From a virus (taxonomy: Duplodnaviria; Caudoviricetes), in the IMG/VR virus record IMGVR_UViG_3300022723_000109, positions 1 to 58,377 of that record: a stretch of 58,377 nt of DNA, one strand, 5' to 3'. Both the position numbers and the translations under genes were made by a program. Shown piece by piece: positions 1 through 8,581 of the stretch; positions within the stretch are counted from its first letter, which is position 1; every line of letters begins with the position of its first letter. The notes under the pieces were generated by a model. It did no database searches. It saw only the letters and a list, made by a program, of their open reading frames with translations, and was not told where the DNA came from.

Positions 1-147
1 GCGGGTGCTGGAGAGCCTGCGCCCAGCCCGGACGGGGCTCGGCGAGCCGGTTCGCTTCGAGGAACCGCTGCACGAGCTCGGCCGCGGGCGCGGAGTCGTG
101 GCCGGCCCCGAACGTCACCGACTCGGCGCGCGTCGTGAGCCAGGACA
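1..147. repeat. Terminal direct repeat / circular overlap, copy 1
   Basis: Identical to 58231-58377 except position 21 (G) versus 58251 (T). Confidence 0.97.
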
Positions 148-463
148 CGAAACCGAAGACGGCCTCGCTCGCGATGAACTCGGGCACGCTCTCGAACGTG
201 AACCCGCAGACCTCCAAGGCGCGGACGGTCGCGTCCTCTTCGTGCTCGACCGGCGCGTCGGGATTCGTCTGCTTCCCGCTGCGCGTGAGCTTCACCATCA
301 TCCGCGCGCCCGCTTCGAGCTTGTAGAACTCGACGCGGACGACGTCGGTGAGCAGGTCGTCGACGGTGAGCTCGCGCTCGCCGTCCCATGTCGTGATATC
401 GAAGATCTCGGTCGACGACCCGAGGCCGTTGCCCTTGATCATGACTCGGCGGATGTCGGTCAC
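1..463 (-). CDS. Hypothetical phage protein spanning the circular join (ends at TGA 58199-58201)
   Basis: GTG at 463 overlaps the upstream stop (GTGA); frame VTDIRRVMIKG...ASEAVFGFVSWLTTR...EPRPGW stays open through the repeat and ends in an ATGA overlap with the next gene; absent from the ORF track. Confidence 0.85.
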   Translation of the reverse strand, partial: MTDIRRVMIKGNGLGSSTEIFDITTWDGERELTVDDLLTDVVRVEFYKLEAGARMMVKLTRSGKQTNPDAPVEHEEDATVRALEVCGFTFESVPEFIASEAVFGFVSWLTTRAESVTFGAGHDSAPAAELVQRFLEANRLAEPRPGWAQALQHP

Positions 464-948
464 TTCTTCTTCTCCTTGCGCTTCTTCTTGGGGTTGGGTT
501 TCGCGGACGCCGCTTCACGGATGCGACGGCCGTGCTCGACGAGCTCCTTCGCGTTCATGCCGAGGCCGTGCTTCAGCATGTCGACGATGCCGCAAGCGGT
601 GCGCTCGCACCCGTGGCGCCACGCGACATCGAGCGCGTTGAAAGCCTGGTCGTGTACGAGCTCGCCGACCTGCTTGCGGTAGGTCTCGAAGCTCGCGTGC
701 TTGACGTGGCTGAGCTCGTGCAGGAGCGTCTCGCGCACGTCCTCGATCCCCTCGTGCATCTCGGGGTCGATCGTCATGTCGGCGCGACGGTAGGCCGGCT
801 CGGGAACGATCTCCGCCAGCCGCGAGGCGTCGCCGGCGACGTCGATGTGCCCGTACGAGACGTTCACCGTCCAATCCTGGACCTGGAAGAGCCAGAGCAG
901 CGGACGGATCGACTCCTCGACGACGCGCCTGCAGGCGGAGCGGTCCAT
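460..948 (-). CDS. Putative zinc metallopeptidase-like protein (HExxH)
   Basis: TLLHELSHVKH motif; TGATG coupling to upstream gene. Confidence 0.6.
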   Translation of the reverse strand: MDRSACRRVVEESIRPLLWLFQVQDWTVNVSYGHIDVAGDASRLAEIVPEPAYRRADMTIDPEMHEGIEDVRETLLHELSHVKHASFETYRKQVGELVHDQAFNALDVAWRHGCERTACGIVDMLKHGLGMNAKELVEHGRRIREAASAKPNPKKKRKEKKK

Positions 949-1541
949 CAACCGCGGCCGTGCGAGCCTTCGCCGATGGTGCGCTTGCCGGCGGGGCGCT
1001 CCTGCCCGGGCTTCGCCTGCAGGGCCGAGGCGACCGCGATCTCCAGCGCTTGCACCCGCGCCTCCATCTCGCGCCGCCAGTCGTCGGGGGCCTCGCCGGC
1101 GCGCTGCTTCGTGAGCAGGGGCTTCAGCACGAGGATCATCTCGTCGCAGAACGCCCGGACGACGACGTCGAAGGCGCCCCGGGGGTGCTGCTGCCCGACG
1201 ACGTTGCGCTCGTCGTCTGGCCTGGTCGTCGCGAGCACGCAGTCGGCCTCGCGTAGGCCGGTGCGCAGCGCGCGCTCGCAGCGCTCGCGGATCGTGAGCG
1301 CGCCCGTCTCGTCCTGCACCGCGATCTCGTCCGCGCCGACGTGCACGCCGGCCTCGGTCGCCGGCGGGTCGAGCGCGGCCGACTCCCGCCCGCTCTGGAA
1401 GCCGCGCGAGCTCGCCGCCTCGGCCGCCGAGGAGAGAGCGTCGCGGAGCAGCGCGAGGGCGCCGATCCGGTCGTGCTGCAAGAGGTTCTCCTCGATCGCT
1501 TCGAGGATGTCGTCTGCCGGGTCCGTCTTCTCTTCGGTCAT
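948..1541 (-). CDS. Hypothetical protein
   Basis: Coupled ORF with typical codon usage. Confidence 0.7.
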   Translation of the reverse strand: MTEEKTDPADDILEAIEENLLQHDRIGALALLRDALSSAAEAASSRGFQSGRESAALDPPATEAGVHVGADEIAVQDETGALTIRERCERALRTGLREADCVLATTRPDDERNVVGQQHPRGAFDVVVRAFCDEMILVLKPLLTKQRAGEAPDDWRREMEARVQALEIAVASALQAKPGQERPAGKRTIGEGSHGRG

Positions 1542-1963
1542 CGCAGCACCTTCGGGAGCTCCATCATGATCCGCATCGCCACGGCTTCACCGACGCCGGG
1601 GATCTTGCGGAGGATCTGCTTGTCGCCGGTCTCGCGCACCTTGCGGAGGCCGTCCGTTCCGAGCTGGCACGCGACCTTCAACGCGATCGCCGGTCCGACG
1701 CTCTTGATCGAGAGCAGCCGGCGGAAGAGGTCGCGCTCGCCAGGGTAGCGGAAGGCGTAGAGCTTGGCGCCGTCCTCGCGCTGCTCGTGGTGCACGTAGA
1801 CCGTGCGCCGCGGGAGCGATCCGGAGCCGAGCGCCTTGCGCTGCTCTTCCTCGGTCGTCAGATCGGAGCCGTGCAGCTCGTACGTGACGCCGCAGGAGAG
1901 CGTGCAGGTCCAGCGATACTCGTCGCCGGTGGGCTTGACGAGCCCGGTGAGCTCGACAATCAC
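1538..1963 (-). CDS. ruvA: RuvA-like Holliday junction binding protein, domains I-II only
   Basis: GVTYEL, REDGAKLYAF, ERDLFRRLLSIKSVGPAIAL, LRKIPGVGEAVAMRIMMEL match RuvA OB fold plus two HhH motifs; protein ends before domain III. Confidence 0.85.
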   Translation of the reverse strand: MIVELTGLVKPTGDEYRWTCTLSCGVTYELHGSDLTTEEEQRKALGSGSLPRRTVYVHHEQREDGAKLYAFRYPGERDLFRRLLSIKSVGPAIALKVACQLGTDGLRKVRETGDKQILRKIPGVGEAVAMRIMMELPKVLR

Positions 1964-2166
1964 GGCAGCTCCCCGCGGGCTCGAGCCTGCTTCACCTTGA
2001 GCGTCATGTAGTCCTTGAGACGCTTCTTGAACCACCGGCCCGCGCGACGCGGGTCGAAGCCCTGCAGCATCTTCAGCTCGTCCAGGCTGATCACCATGAC
2101 GAGAGAGCCGGGCTCCTCGCGGAAGCGCTGCTCGATGCGCCGCTCCTTGCTCTCGTCGTCGCTCAC
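1960..2166 (-). CDS. Hypothetical protein
   Basis: Coupled small ORF. Confidence 0.6.
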   Translation of the reverse strand: MSDDESKERRIEQRFREEPGSLVMVISLDELKMLQGFDPRRAGRWFKKRLKDYMTLKVKQARARGELP

Positions 2167-2405
2167 GTCTTCCCTCCGAAGTAGCTGCGGGCGACGCGGT
2201 CGAGAGCGGCGACGTCCCGCAGCTCTTCGAGGACGTCTGCCACCCGGCTGAAGTGGATCGTCTCGGCGCCGTCCGTGTAGAACGCGCTCGCGCCCGGCGT
2301 GACCTTCGAGTGCTCCCGATGCAGGAAGCGGATCTCGATCTGCGCGTCCGGGTCCTTGACGAGGACGTCTTCGACGTGACGCATGAGGGTCCGCAGGTCG
2401 TTCAC
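2163..2405 (-). CDS. Hypothetical protein
   Basis: GTG start with GTGA overlap. Confidence 0.6.
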   Translation of the reverse strand: MNDLRTLMRHVEDVLVKDPDAQIEIRFLHREHSKVTPGASAFYTDGAETIHFSRVADVLEELRDVAALDRVARSYFGGKT

Positions 2406-2764
2406 GATCGGTCCCTCCCGCGCTTCGCCTGCTTGCCCTTCACGCGCCGGAACTGCTCGGCCTTCGGGCAGTCGGAGAAGTGCGAGCTGAAGAACGAGAG
2501 CGTCCCGACGCCGGCGCACTCCGCGCAATGGCCCGGGTTGTCGCCGTGGCAGAGACCGCACGGGACCTTCTTCTCGGTCGCCTTCGAGAGCGGCATCTTG
2601 AACGGCTCGCCGTCGCTCTTGCGCTTGCCGGCGAAGAAGTAGATCTCGGCGTCGCACTTCCTGCAGCGGCAGACTCGCTCGATGCTCGGGTCGAGCTGGA
2701 ACATGCGATCCGGGTAGCCGCTGCGGTCGACCTTCGGCTTCGGGTGTCGTTGGGAGCTGCTCAT
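2402..2764 (-). CDS. Cys-rich zinc-binding phage protein
   Basis: CRKC, CGLC, CAEC and SHFSDCP motifs; ATGA overlap. Confidence 0.65.
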   Translation of the reverse strand: MSSSQRHPKPKVDRSGYPDRMFQLDPSIERVCRCRKCDAEIYFFAGKRKSDGEPFKMPLSKATEKKVPCGLCHGDNPGHCAECAGVGTLSFFSSHFSDCPKAEQFRRVKGKQAKRGRDRS

Positions 2765-3240
2765 GCTCGTCTCTCCTCTTGTGCGCGCGGGTCCTGGTCG
2801 GCGTGGCAGTTGCAAGGCTTGTTCGTCGACCCGCCGATCGCGGGGTCGATGTCGAAGACGTCGCACTCGGGATCGTGCCGGCGCGCCTCTTGCATGCCAG
2901 ACGAGTACGCGAGCTCGAAGAGTCGCCCGTGCCTGCAGTCGCTCGTCAGACCGTCGCCCGGGTCGATGCGATGGTGCCACCGCGCGCCGTCGCCGTGAAC
3001 GCAACGCCAGGCCGGCTCAACTTCGCTCGACTCGCAGAGGTCGCAGACGAGGGGCTCCCTCTCCTCTCGCTCTTCGAGTAGGCCGGCGCGATCGTCGCGC
3101 ACGAGCTCGAACATCGCCTTCGTCTCCTCGGGGTCCGTCGGCGTGTAGCACGACAAGCACCCGAAGCGGTTCGGGAGGAACTCCAACGTCGCTCCCCCGC
3201 AGGACCCGCACGGGCCCCCGAGTCGTCTATGACTCCCCAT
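2761..3240 (-). CDS. Cys-rich hypothetical protein
   Basis: Several CxxC motifs. Confidence 0.55.
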   Translation of the reverse strand: MGSHRRLGGPCGSCGGATLEFLPNRFGCLSCYTPTDPEETKAMFELVRDDRAGLLEEREEREPLVCDLCESSEVEPAWRCVHGDGARWHHRIDPGDGLTSDCRHGRLFELAYSSGMQEARRHDPECDVFDIDPAIGGSTNKPCNCHADQDPRAQEERRA

Positions 3241-3784
3241 CGCTTGCTTCTCCGGATTCTGGAGGGGCCGTCCCCTCGGTCTTCGTTACGCCTTCGGCGG
3301 CCTGCAGGAAGGCGCGGATCTCCGCGGCCTTCTCGGCGGCCGTCGCGTCGGCTTGCTGCTCCGACTCCTGGCCGTAGCGGTCCTTCATCCTGGTCTTCAG
3401 GAGGAAGATCGTCAACGTCTCCGGGAACGTGGTGAGGTACACCGTCCTCCCGCGCTCGTCCTTCACGATCTTCCCGTTGTGGACGAAGGGCCGCACGACC
3501 CCGTCGATGCAGCGGTTCACGGCCGAGGCTTCGAGCAGCTCGTCCGTCTGGAGCTCGATCTCGTCCCACTCCTCGGCGAAGGCCGGGTCGCTCTTCCGCC
3601 GGTCGTACACCGTGGTCCGCCCCTTGTGGACGACCTTGCAGGCCGTCGTGACGCACCGGTGCCGGCGGAACGCCGCGAGCCAGAGCGGAGCCCAATCGAC
3701 GCGCGGCTTGCGCGGGGGTCTCTTTTTGGCGCGTCCGGATTGTGCGCCGCCGCGCGCGCCCGCCTTGCTCGCCTTCTTCGCCAT
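3227..3784 (-). CDS. Terminase small subunit-like HTH protein
   Basis: CVTTACKVVHKGRTTVYDRRKSDPAFAEEWDE...NRCIDGV...LTIFLLKTR matches the pattern of a common TerS family. Confidence 0.7.
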   Translation of the reverse strand: MAKKASKAGARGGAQSGRAKKRPPRKPRVDWAPLWLAAFRRHRCVTTACKVVHKGRTTVYDRRKSDPAFAEEWDEIELQTDELLEASAVNRCIDGVVRPFVHNGKIVKDERGRTVYLTTFPETLTIFLLKTRMKDRYGQESEQQADATAAEKAAEIRAFLQAAEGVTKTEGTAPPESGEASDGES

Positions 3785-3801
3785 CGCGCCCGACACGGTA
3801 C

Positions 3802-4044
3802 CTAATCTGCATCGACATCGAAGAAGACGGTCTCGCCGCAATGCCCGCAGACGCGCGAGTCGCTGTAGAGCTCGGTCGGATCTGGCGGTACGCCGTACTC
3901 CAGAACGGTCCCGCAGGTCGCGCAGCTCTTCGTCGCCACGCCGTTGATCCTGCGCCAGTCGAAGAAGCGGATCGGCTTGCCGCAGTAGGGGCACGGTGCC
4001 GAGTTCCTCGGACGGAAGCTCTTCGAGGACCGGGCGCCACTCAC
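3802..4044 (-). CDS. Zinc-ribbon protein
   Basis: CPYC, CATC, CGHC. Confidence 0.55.
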   Translation of the reverse strand: MSGARSSKSFRPRNSAPCPYCGKPIRFFDWRRINGVATKSCATCGTVLEYGVPPDPTELYSDSRVCGHCGETVFFDVDAD

Positions 4045-4235
4045 GGAAGCGGAGGCGCGAGGTCTTCGTCTTCGAGGTGAGGGGGCGGCGCCTCTCGCTC
4101 CACCGGAGCCGGGCGCGGGGCGCTGCGCTCCCCGCGCCCTCGCAGCCTGCACTCGCACGTCGTCGGCTGCTCGTTCTCCAGGCGCGAGCACACGAGCCCG
4201 GTCCCTCGGCACTTCGGGCAGTCGGTCGAGGTCAA
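4041..4235 (-). CDS. Small Cys-rich protein
   Basis: CPKCRGTG...CEC; TTGA overlap. Confidence 0.5.
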   Translation of the reverse strand: MTSTDCPKCRGTGLVCSRLENEQPTTCECRLRGRGERSAPRPAPVEREAPPPHLEDEDLAPPLP

Positions 4236-4633
4236 GAGCTTGTCTCCGGCAAGAGCTTCGGGACGTCGCCCGGCGCGAGGGCTTCGAGCTGGGGACGGAC
4301 CTCTTCGTAGACGACGCGGCCCGTGGGCAGGAGCAGGTCCGCGAAGAACGTGCGGTCGAAGGACGCGAGCCCTTCCTCGACGGCCGTGAGCTTCGCCTTC
4401 GTGACGAGAACCAGGACGCGCCAGAGGCGACAGATCTCGCGCTCGTCGCCGTCGTCCGGGTAGGGGACGAAGACCCGGCACGCCCGGCCCTCGACGCGGA
4501 ACATGATCGCGGCGCGCGGGGGGCTGCTCTCCTCCGCCCAGCCGAACGCCTCAGCGCCGAAGCGGGTGACGAGCTTGCGGAGCTCGGCGACGCTCCGGTC
4601 GACGGGGACCTTCGTGTTCGCTGCGTACGGCAT
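4232..4633 (-). CDS. Conserved phage protein of unknown function
   Basis: YAANTKVPVDRS...WRVLVLVTKAKLTAVEEG pattern recalled from many phages. Confidence 0.7.
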   Translation of the reverse strand: MPYAANTKVPVDRSVAELRKLVTRFGAEAFGWAEESSPPRAAIMFRVEGRACRVFVPYPDDGDEREICRLWRVLVLVTKAKLTAVEEGLASFDRTFFADLLLPTGRVVYEEVRPQLEALAPGDVPKLLPETSS

Positions 4634-4917
4634 CAGCACTCTCCCTCGACGGTGCCGAGCCACTCGATGAGTTCGTCGGCGGACGGCGGCCCCTCGATCG
4701 GCTGCTTCTGATTCCGGCGGTAGGCCGAGTACGCGGCCGAGGCGATGCCGTGCGCGCGCATCTCGTCGTCGGCCGGCGGCCGGTTGATCGCCTTGACGAT
4801 GGCTCGGGCCGTGCGCTCCTCGCTGCTATCGAACTCGATCACGGTGTCGCCGGCTGCGTCGACGACGGCGACCTCGAACGAGCTCACGACCTTCCACGGG
4901 AGCGGGTGCACGCTCAC
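4633..4917 (-). CDS. Hypothetical protein
   Basis: HPLPWKV N-terminus; coupled ORF. Confidence 0.6.
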   Translation of the reverse strand: MSVHPLPWKVVSSFEVAVVDAAGDTVIEFDSSEERTARAIVKAINRPPADDEMRAHGIASAAYSAYRRNQKQPIEGPPSADELIEWLGTVEGEC

Positions 4918-5135
4918 GGGAGAGCCTCGCCCGCCGCCTGGAGCGGAGCCTTCAAGCGCTGGAGCGTCATGATCCGCTCGGCGAGCGCGCGCATCTTCCC
5001 GTCGAGCTCGCCGCGCCGCTCGCGGAGCTCCTCGTGCTCGGCGTTGAGCATCTCGATCGCCGCGTCGAGCCGTTGATGCAGCTCGGGCAGCGCGTCGACG
5101 TCGGTCCATCCGATCGGCTTCTTCTCTGCGTTCAT
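4914..5135 (-). CDS. Coiled-coil hypothetical protein
   Basis: Heptad pattern; ATGA overlap. Confidence 0.6.
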   Translation of the reverse strand: MNAEKKPIGWTDVDALPELHQRLDAAIEMLNAEHEELRERRGELDGKMRALAERIMTLQRLKAPLQAAGEALP

Positions 5136-5329
5136 GCGTCCTCCGACATCATCTCGGCACCGCACTCGCGGTTCGGGCAAAAGAGCTTCGAGACCCAGGT
5201 CGTGAGCTTGACCTCGGTGCCGCAGGCCAGGCACGACCAGTTCGTTTCGACCTCGGGCGGATCATGGTCGGCTTGAGGGTCGTGTCGCGGCGTGCCGCCG
5301 CGCGTGTCGTACGAGCCGCCGCCGCTCAC
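5132..5329 (-). CDS. Small zinc-ribbon protein
   Basis: CLAC...CPNREC; GTGA overlap. Confidence 0.55.
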   Translation of the reverse strand: MSGGGSYDTRGGTPRHDPQADHDPPEVETNWSCLACGTEVKLTTWVSKLFCPNRECGAEMMSEDA

Positions 5330-5781
5330 TCGTGGATCTCCGGGCGGTCGGGCATGTCCTCTTCGGTCGGCTCGTACTGGCGATCGCCGGGCGAGCTGCG
5401 CTCGACCTGGTCGTCGTCGGCGTACCCGTCGTCCGTGTCGTTCTCGGCGAGCTTCACGTAGAGCGCGCGCGTCTCGACGAAGTCCTCGCCCACGTGGAGC
5501 AGGGCGAGCTCGTCGGGCAGCATCTCGTCGGCGCCGCGCTTCGCGGTCTCGACCACGGTGCAGCCGAGCTCGTCGACGTCGATGCAGAGGCAGCGCTTCG
5601 CCACGACGGCGGGCTTGTCCTGCACGACGGCCGTGAGATGGCGCTCCTCTCCGCCGATGCGCGAGACGAGCTTGAAGTGCATCTCGGCGACGTGGCCTTC
5701 GTGCCCCTTCGCCTGGACGAGCCAGAGCTCGTCGCCATAGAAGAGGCCGCAGAAGTGCCCCTCGATCGGTCGTCCGGTCAT
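5326..5781 (-). CDS. Hypothetical acidic protein
   Basis: AGGAG ribosome binding site, typical codon usage. Confidence 0.65.
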   Translation of the reverse strand: MTGRPIEGHFCGLFYGDELWLVQAKGHEGHVAEMHFKLVSRIGGEERHLTAVVQDKPAVVAKRCLCIDVDELGCTVVETAKRGADEMLPDELALLHVGEDFVETRALYVKLAENDTDDGYADDDQVERSSPGDRQYEPTEEDMPDRPEIHE

Positions 5782-5851
5782 CGTCGCTTCTCCTTGCGCG
5801 AGAGAGTGCCGGAGGCCGCCGCGTGACCGACGACCTCCGGCGGCTTCCCAT

Positions 5852-6457
5852 CTACTCCCCGTCCTCCGGCGAGCTCTGCTCACCGTCGGCGGTCCATTGC
5901 GGGTTGCTCTTCCAGAAGCGGAAGAGCGCGTCCTCGATCTCCTCGGCCTTCTTGGGCCCGATCTTCGGGATGTCGGTGAGCTGCATCTTCGAGAGGTACT
6001 CCTGCAGCGCGCCGACCGTCTGCGTCGGGAAGATGCCGCGCGTGTTCTCCTCGATGAGGCCGGCGAGCGACTTGGAGCCGAGCGCTTCCTCGATCGAGAT
6101 GCCGCGCCAGCCCTCGGGGTCCATGCGCGCGGTGAGCGGGCCGTCCTCGCTGCAGCCGCGGAAGATCGCTTCGAGCCGCTCCTGCGCCTCTTCGAGCTCC
6201 TTCTTCTTCTCGTTCATCTTCGTCCGCGCGGCCTCGAAGGCGTTGCGCTTGTCGCGGACGTCCTGGTACACGTGCAGCGCGCGGTCGAAGGTGTCGACCT
6301 TCCACTTCGGCAGCTCGGCGGGGCTCGAGCCCGCGTCGTCCTGCTTCGTCGTCGCGGCCGCGCCGCCCTTCCCCTCGCCGCCGCCGCTCGCCTTCGTGCG
6401 CTTGCGAGTGGTGCGCTTCGTCGTCTTCTTGCCAGTCGTCTTCGTGGCCTTCGCCAT
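5852..6457 (-). CDS. Putative DNA-binding protein with basic N-terminal tail and HhH motif
   Basis: K/T/R-rich N-terminus, coiled coil, LTDIPKIGPKKAEEI; GGAGGAG ribosome binding site. Confidence 0.6.
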   Translation of the reverse strand: MAKATKTTGKKTTKRTTRKRTKASGGGEGKGGAAATTKQDDAGSSPAELPKWKVDTFDRALHVYQDVRDKRNAFEAARTKMNEKKKELEEAQERLEAIFRGCSEDGPLTARMDPEGWRGISIEEALGSKSLAGLIEENTRGIFPTQTVGALQEYLSKMQLTDIPKIGPKKAEEIEDALFRFWKSNPQWTADGEQSSPEDGE

Positions 6458-7047
6458 CGGGTGATCTCCTCCCGGGGTTCGAGGTCGGAGCGAGCTCCCC
6501 ACCCGCGACGCGAGTCGATCGAGCTTCTCCGGTCGCAGAGTCTCGCCGCTGTAGGGTAGATCCGCAAGGTGGGCGACCAGGTCCCGAGCTCGCCGAGATC
6601 TCGTCCACCGGCGGGACCCGCTGCTCGGACCTGCAGGCGGGCAAGCTCGACGGACCGGGCGAGGGCCCATCCCTCCCCCCTCGAAGACGCCCGCCGCAGG
6701 CGGGCCTCTCTGGAGAGCCCCTCAGAGCCTCAGCACGGGGAGCCAGCGACCGAGGGCCCGGAGCGTCGCGCTCCCGGCCCTGCGCGCTCAGCGGGGAGGA
6801 GCGGCCCCCCCTCGCAGGCCGTGCCAGGGGGAGCCGCCGGGGCCGAGCGTCGGGCGGTTGATGTCGTGGCGCACGCCAGCTCGGGGGCTCCCCTCGGGAG
6901 CCAGGGGGCGGGGCCCGGCGGCGCGTTGTCCACACGGCCCCCCTCCCCCTACAACTGCCAGAGTACGTACAGTCTTTCTCTCTTCTACCTCTTCCCGACC
7001 ATCGCCGCCGTAAGTCCTTTGCCAGCGCCGATCGGCCGCAGCGAATC

Positions 7048-7091
7048 GGCACCGATTTGGCACGGATTCGGCACGGATTCGGCACGGATTC
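7048..7091. repeat. Four tandem 11-bp repeats GGCACGGATTC (first copy degenerate)
   Basis: Units start at 7048, 7059, 7070, 7081 in the divergent non-coding region. Confidence 0.9.
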
Positions 7092-7207
7092 GCGCGGGCC
7101 TGCCGACCTGGCAGGTTCGCGGCCCGAGCTCTCCACACGCGGCGCGCGGCCGTGGAGAACGTGGGGATCGAGGGAACCTCCAGACGGGGCCGACCGAGGG
7201 CCGACGT

Positions 7208-7226
7208 GTAGGGTAGACTCCGGGAC
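7208..7226 (+). promoter_or_regulatory. Putative -10 box TAGACT for a leaderless transcript
   Basis: GTAGGGTAGACT then 7 nt to ATG 7227; a second TAGACT at 8833 lies 6 nt before ATG 8845. Confidence 0.5.
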
Positions 7227-7421
7227 ATGGACGCCAGGAACAAGGGCCGGAAGCGGCCCCCGAAGCACGGCTCGCAGGCCGAATACAAGCGCGGCTGCCG
7301 CTGCGCCGACTGCCGTGCCTGGAAGGCGGAGGACGTGGCCCGATACCGGGCGCGCTGCGCCGAGCGCGAGGGCAAGGAGCCCCGCGACGTCCAGGGGTCG
7401 AAGCACGCGATGGCCGGTTGA
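7227..7421 (+). CDS. Small zinc-binding, probably DNA-binding protein
   Basis: HGSQAEYKRGCRCADCR matches the HGxxxxYxxGCRCxxC phage motif. Confidence 0.7.
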   Translation: MDARNKGRKRPPKHGSQAEYKRGCRCADCRAWKAEDVARYRARCAEREGKEPRDVQGSKHAMAG

Positions 7422-7438
7422 CGGCGGAGGGTTTCGGG

Positions 7439-7661
7439 ATGACGAAGATGCGCGAGCTCCAGGAGCGCGCGCGCCGGCGAGCGGAGAAGCTCTGGCCACG
7501 AGTTCCACGAGTGGCACGAGCACAAGCTCCGGCGCCAGCCGCGGCGACTAGCGGAGACGGCGTGCGTGCGCTGCCGCGCCGACCTCTTCGTCGACACGCG
7601 CCCCGGGCCCGGCTCTCTTCCGATGGCCGGCTCCGCTCTCCGACAACGCTGCGAACGCTAG
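7439..7661 (+). pseudogene. Small Cys/His protein interrupted by a +1 frameshift near 7493
   Basis: MTKMRELQERARRRAEKL continues in another frame as GHEFHEW...ACVRC...AGSALRQRCER, ending at TAG overlapping the next AGGAGG. Confidence 0.55.
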
Positions 7662-7671
7662 GAGGTACCTC

Positions 7672-7929
7672 GTGCAGCTCGCACTCGACACTCTCATCCT
7701 CGTCGCCCTGATCTTCATCTCCTCGGTCGGGCTCGCGATCTTCGGAACGCTCCGCCTGCTCAAGCAGAAGCTCGACCAGGTCATCGACCCGCTCATCGAA
7801 GCGCGCAAGGCTCGAGCCTCCGAGCTCGCGGCCGCGCTGAAGAAGACCGGCGCTCAGCTTCACGATCTCGCGCGACGTGCACGAGAGGAGCAGGAGCGCA
7901 AGAACCGCGAAGACGCTCGGAGGAACTGA
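7672..7929 (+). CDS. Membrane-anchored coiled-coil protein
   Basis: AGGAGGT ribosome binding site; N-terminal hydrophobic helix. Confidence 0.7.
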   Translation: MQLALDTLILVALIFISSVGLAIFGTLRLLKQKLDQVIDPLIEARKARASELAAALKKTGAQLHDLARRAREEQERKNREDARRN

Positions 7930-8249
7930 TGCGCTCGCTCGCCACACTCTGCACCCTCGCCCTTCTCACCTTCGTCGCGTGGATCGTCGGCGTCTCGCTC
8001 GGGGTGCTCCACGACGACACGGCGTCGCGCATCGCGCGAGCGCTACTCTTCCCGCTCGACGATCCGATCAACGACTCGCCGCAGAACCGCGACGCGATCC
8101 TTGCCACGGCCGGCGCGTGCTGGGGGATCCTCGTCGTCGCGACCCTGGTCGGCGCGGTCGGCTGCGCGAAGCTCTGGCTCGCCGCACGCGACCGCCAGGT
8201 CAACGACGGGAGCGAGACGATCCCCGGCCTGCACGGGTGGAAGCGGTGA
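7929..8249 (+). CDS. Membrane protein with two TM helices
   Basis: Two hydrophobic segments; TGATG overlap. Confidence 0.65.
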   Translation: MRSLATLCTLALLTFVAWIVGVSLGVLHDDTASRIARALLFPLDDPINDSPQNRDAILATAGACWGILVVATLVGAVGCAKLWLAARDRQVNDGSETIPGLHGWKR

Positions 8250-8581
8250 AGACCACGCGCCAGAAGATCGCCGAGGCGTCCGCCATCGGGCAGCGGATTC
8301 AAGATCGGCTGCAGGCCGTCGTCGACCCCGTCATCGACGCGATGGACGAGAACGCGCCCGACGACGAGAACGAGCCCCGCATGCTCGGCTTCCTGATCGG
8401 CGTGCGGTCCTGGATCGCGCACTTCGAGGCGATCGAGGACAGGGTTCTCACGATGGTCGGGAAGTCGATCCCGTCGCTCGACCGAGATCGGTACGAGCGC
8501 ATGCGGACCTTCATGGACGCAGCCGGCATCATGGTCCTCGAACACGTCGAGCGGCTCTACAACGACGCGGAGGGAACGTGA
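8246..8581 (+). CDS. Hypothetical protein
   Basis: GTGA overlaps at both ends. Confidence 0.65.
   Translation: MKTTRQKIAEASAIGQRIQDRLQAVVDPVIDAMDENAPDDENEPRMLGFLIGVRSWIAHFEAIEDRVLTMVGKSIPSLDRDRYERMRTFMDAAGIMVLEHVERLYNDAEGT

Noticed and set aside
7048-7091. Possible CRISPR array, given the Cas4-like gene
   Set aside because: 11-bp contiguous repeats with no spacers; the nuclease is a stand-alone phage RecB/Cas4-like enzyme and no other cas genes are present
5880-7947. Long minus-strand ORFs crossing the divergent region
   Set aside because: Low complexity, atypical codons, and they run through tandem repeats and plus-strand genes
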